In this document: positions 63,215-64,000 of the stretch, piece after piece
Position numbering within the stretch: position 1 is the stretch's first letter
How the letters are laid out: every line of letters starts with the position of its first letter
Assembly: GCF_006345805.1 (NCBI RefSeq)
Contig: NC_043009.1
Coordinates: 7,998,001 to 8,062,000 of the forward strand
Length of the DNA: 64,000 bases
Origin: Octopus sinensis
Taxonomy: Eukaryota
Direction of reading: 5' to 3'
The notes under the pieces: model-generated
Databases searched by the model: none
Told to the model about the DNA's origin: nothing
Seen by the model: only the letters and a program-made list of their open reading frames with translations
Position numbers and translations under genes: made by a program

Positions 63215-63615
63215 TTGCAGGTGTGGCTGTGTGGTAAGAAGCTTGCTTCCCAACCACATGGTTCTGGGTTCAGTCCCACTGAATTGCACCTTGGGCAAAT
63301 GTCTTCTATTATAGCCTTGGGCTGACCTAAGCCTTGTGAGTGGATTTGGTAGATAGAAACTGAAAGAAGCCTGTTGTATATATAAGTATATTTATGTGTG
63401 TGTGTCATTGCATCTGTGTTTGTCCCCCACAATCGCTTGACAACTGGTGTTGGTGTGTTCCTGTAACTTTGCAGTTCAGCAAAAGAGACTGATAGAATAA
63501 GTACCAGGCTTAACAAAAAAATAAGTACTGGGGTTGATTCATTTGTCTAAAACAAATTATTCAAGGCAGTGCTCCAGCATGGCTATCAGTCTAATGACTG
63601 AAACAAGTAAAAAAT
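63215..63615 (+). mobile_element. SINE family A
   Basis: Head, short microsatellite and module A. Confidence 0.88.
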
Positions 63616-64000
63616 AAGATACATTTCATTTTCAATTAAAGCTTGTTGAATTGAGAAGCAAACCTTAGTTCTAATTTACAGTCCTTGTTAGCTCTGATCA
63701 CCTCCATGTTGTTAACCCCATGTTAGCTCTGATCAACTAAACCTATGAGCAAAAAGCATTTAACCCAGTGCATCCCATTTTAACTGAAAGTATAAAGTAT
63801 CCAATACTGCATTATTTACACATGCAAATATCACCTTTTATTTATTTATTTATTTTTTAAATTGTGACATGAAGGAAATTTTGCTACTATTCTTAACATA
63901 TCAATCAACCATGTTAAGCCATTTTCTCAATTTCTTTCCTGTGAAATACTTCAATTTCTAACTTTGGTTCAGTGCCACAGATTTGTAGGAAAGCGGTACC

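Overview
AT-rich, repeat-saturated eukaryotic DNA. The SINE repertoire (tRNA-headed CORE-like SINEs, RTE-tailed elements) and the dense microsatellites point to a coleoid cephalopod, most likely Octopus; this is an inference from family resemblance, not a database result. No host protein-coding gene is supportable, and most listed ORFs are microsatellite or SINE read-through. Recognisable coding remnants are all transposon-derived and dead: an RTE-clade LINE piece (1-720), an R4/Dong-like RLE non-LTR piece (30.0-31.4 kb), an internally deleted mariner (43.4-44.3 kb), a near full-length DD37D/maT element (57.7-59.0 kb) and a Tc1 5' end (60.6-61.0 kb). There are also hAT-, piggyBac-, pogo- and Helentron-type non-autonomous elements and at least five short retroposon families. 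The most interesting signal is a set of fold-back elements carrying minimal, Penelope-type hammerhead ribozyme motifs. The one at 26.1-26.5 kb combines a tRNA-like head, an (AAT)n linker and a hammerhead in a head-to-head palindrome, and is flanked by a 12-bp direct repeat. A second hammerhead variant lies in a perfect 68-bp hairpin at 11.8 kb, and a third degenerate motif is at 33.2 kb. SINE family labels A-E are my own working names. Repeat boundaries are approximate unless TSD/TIR positions are given.
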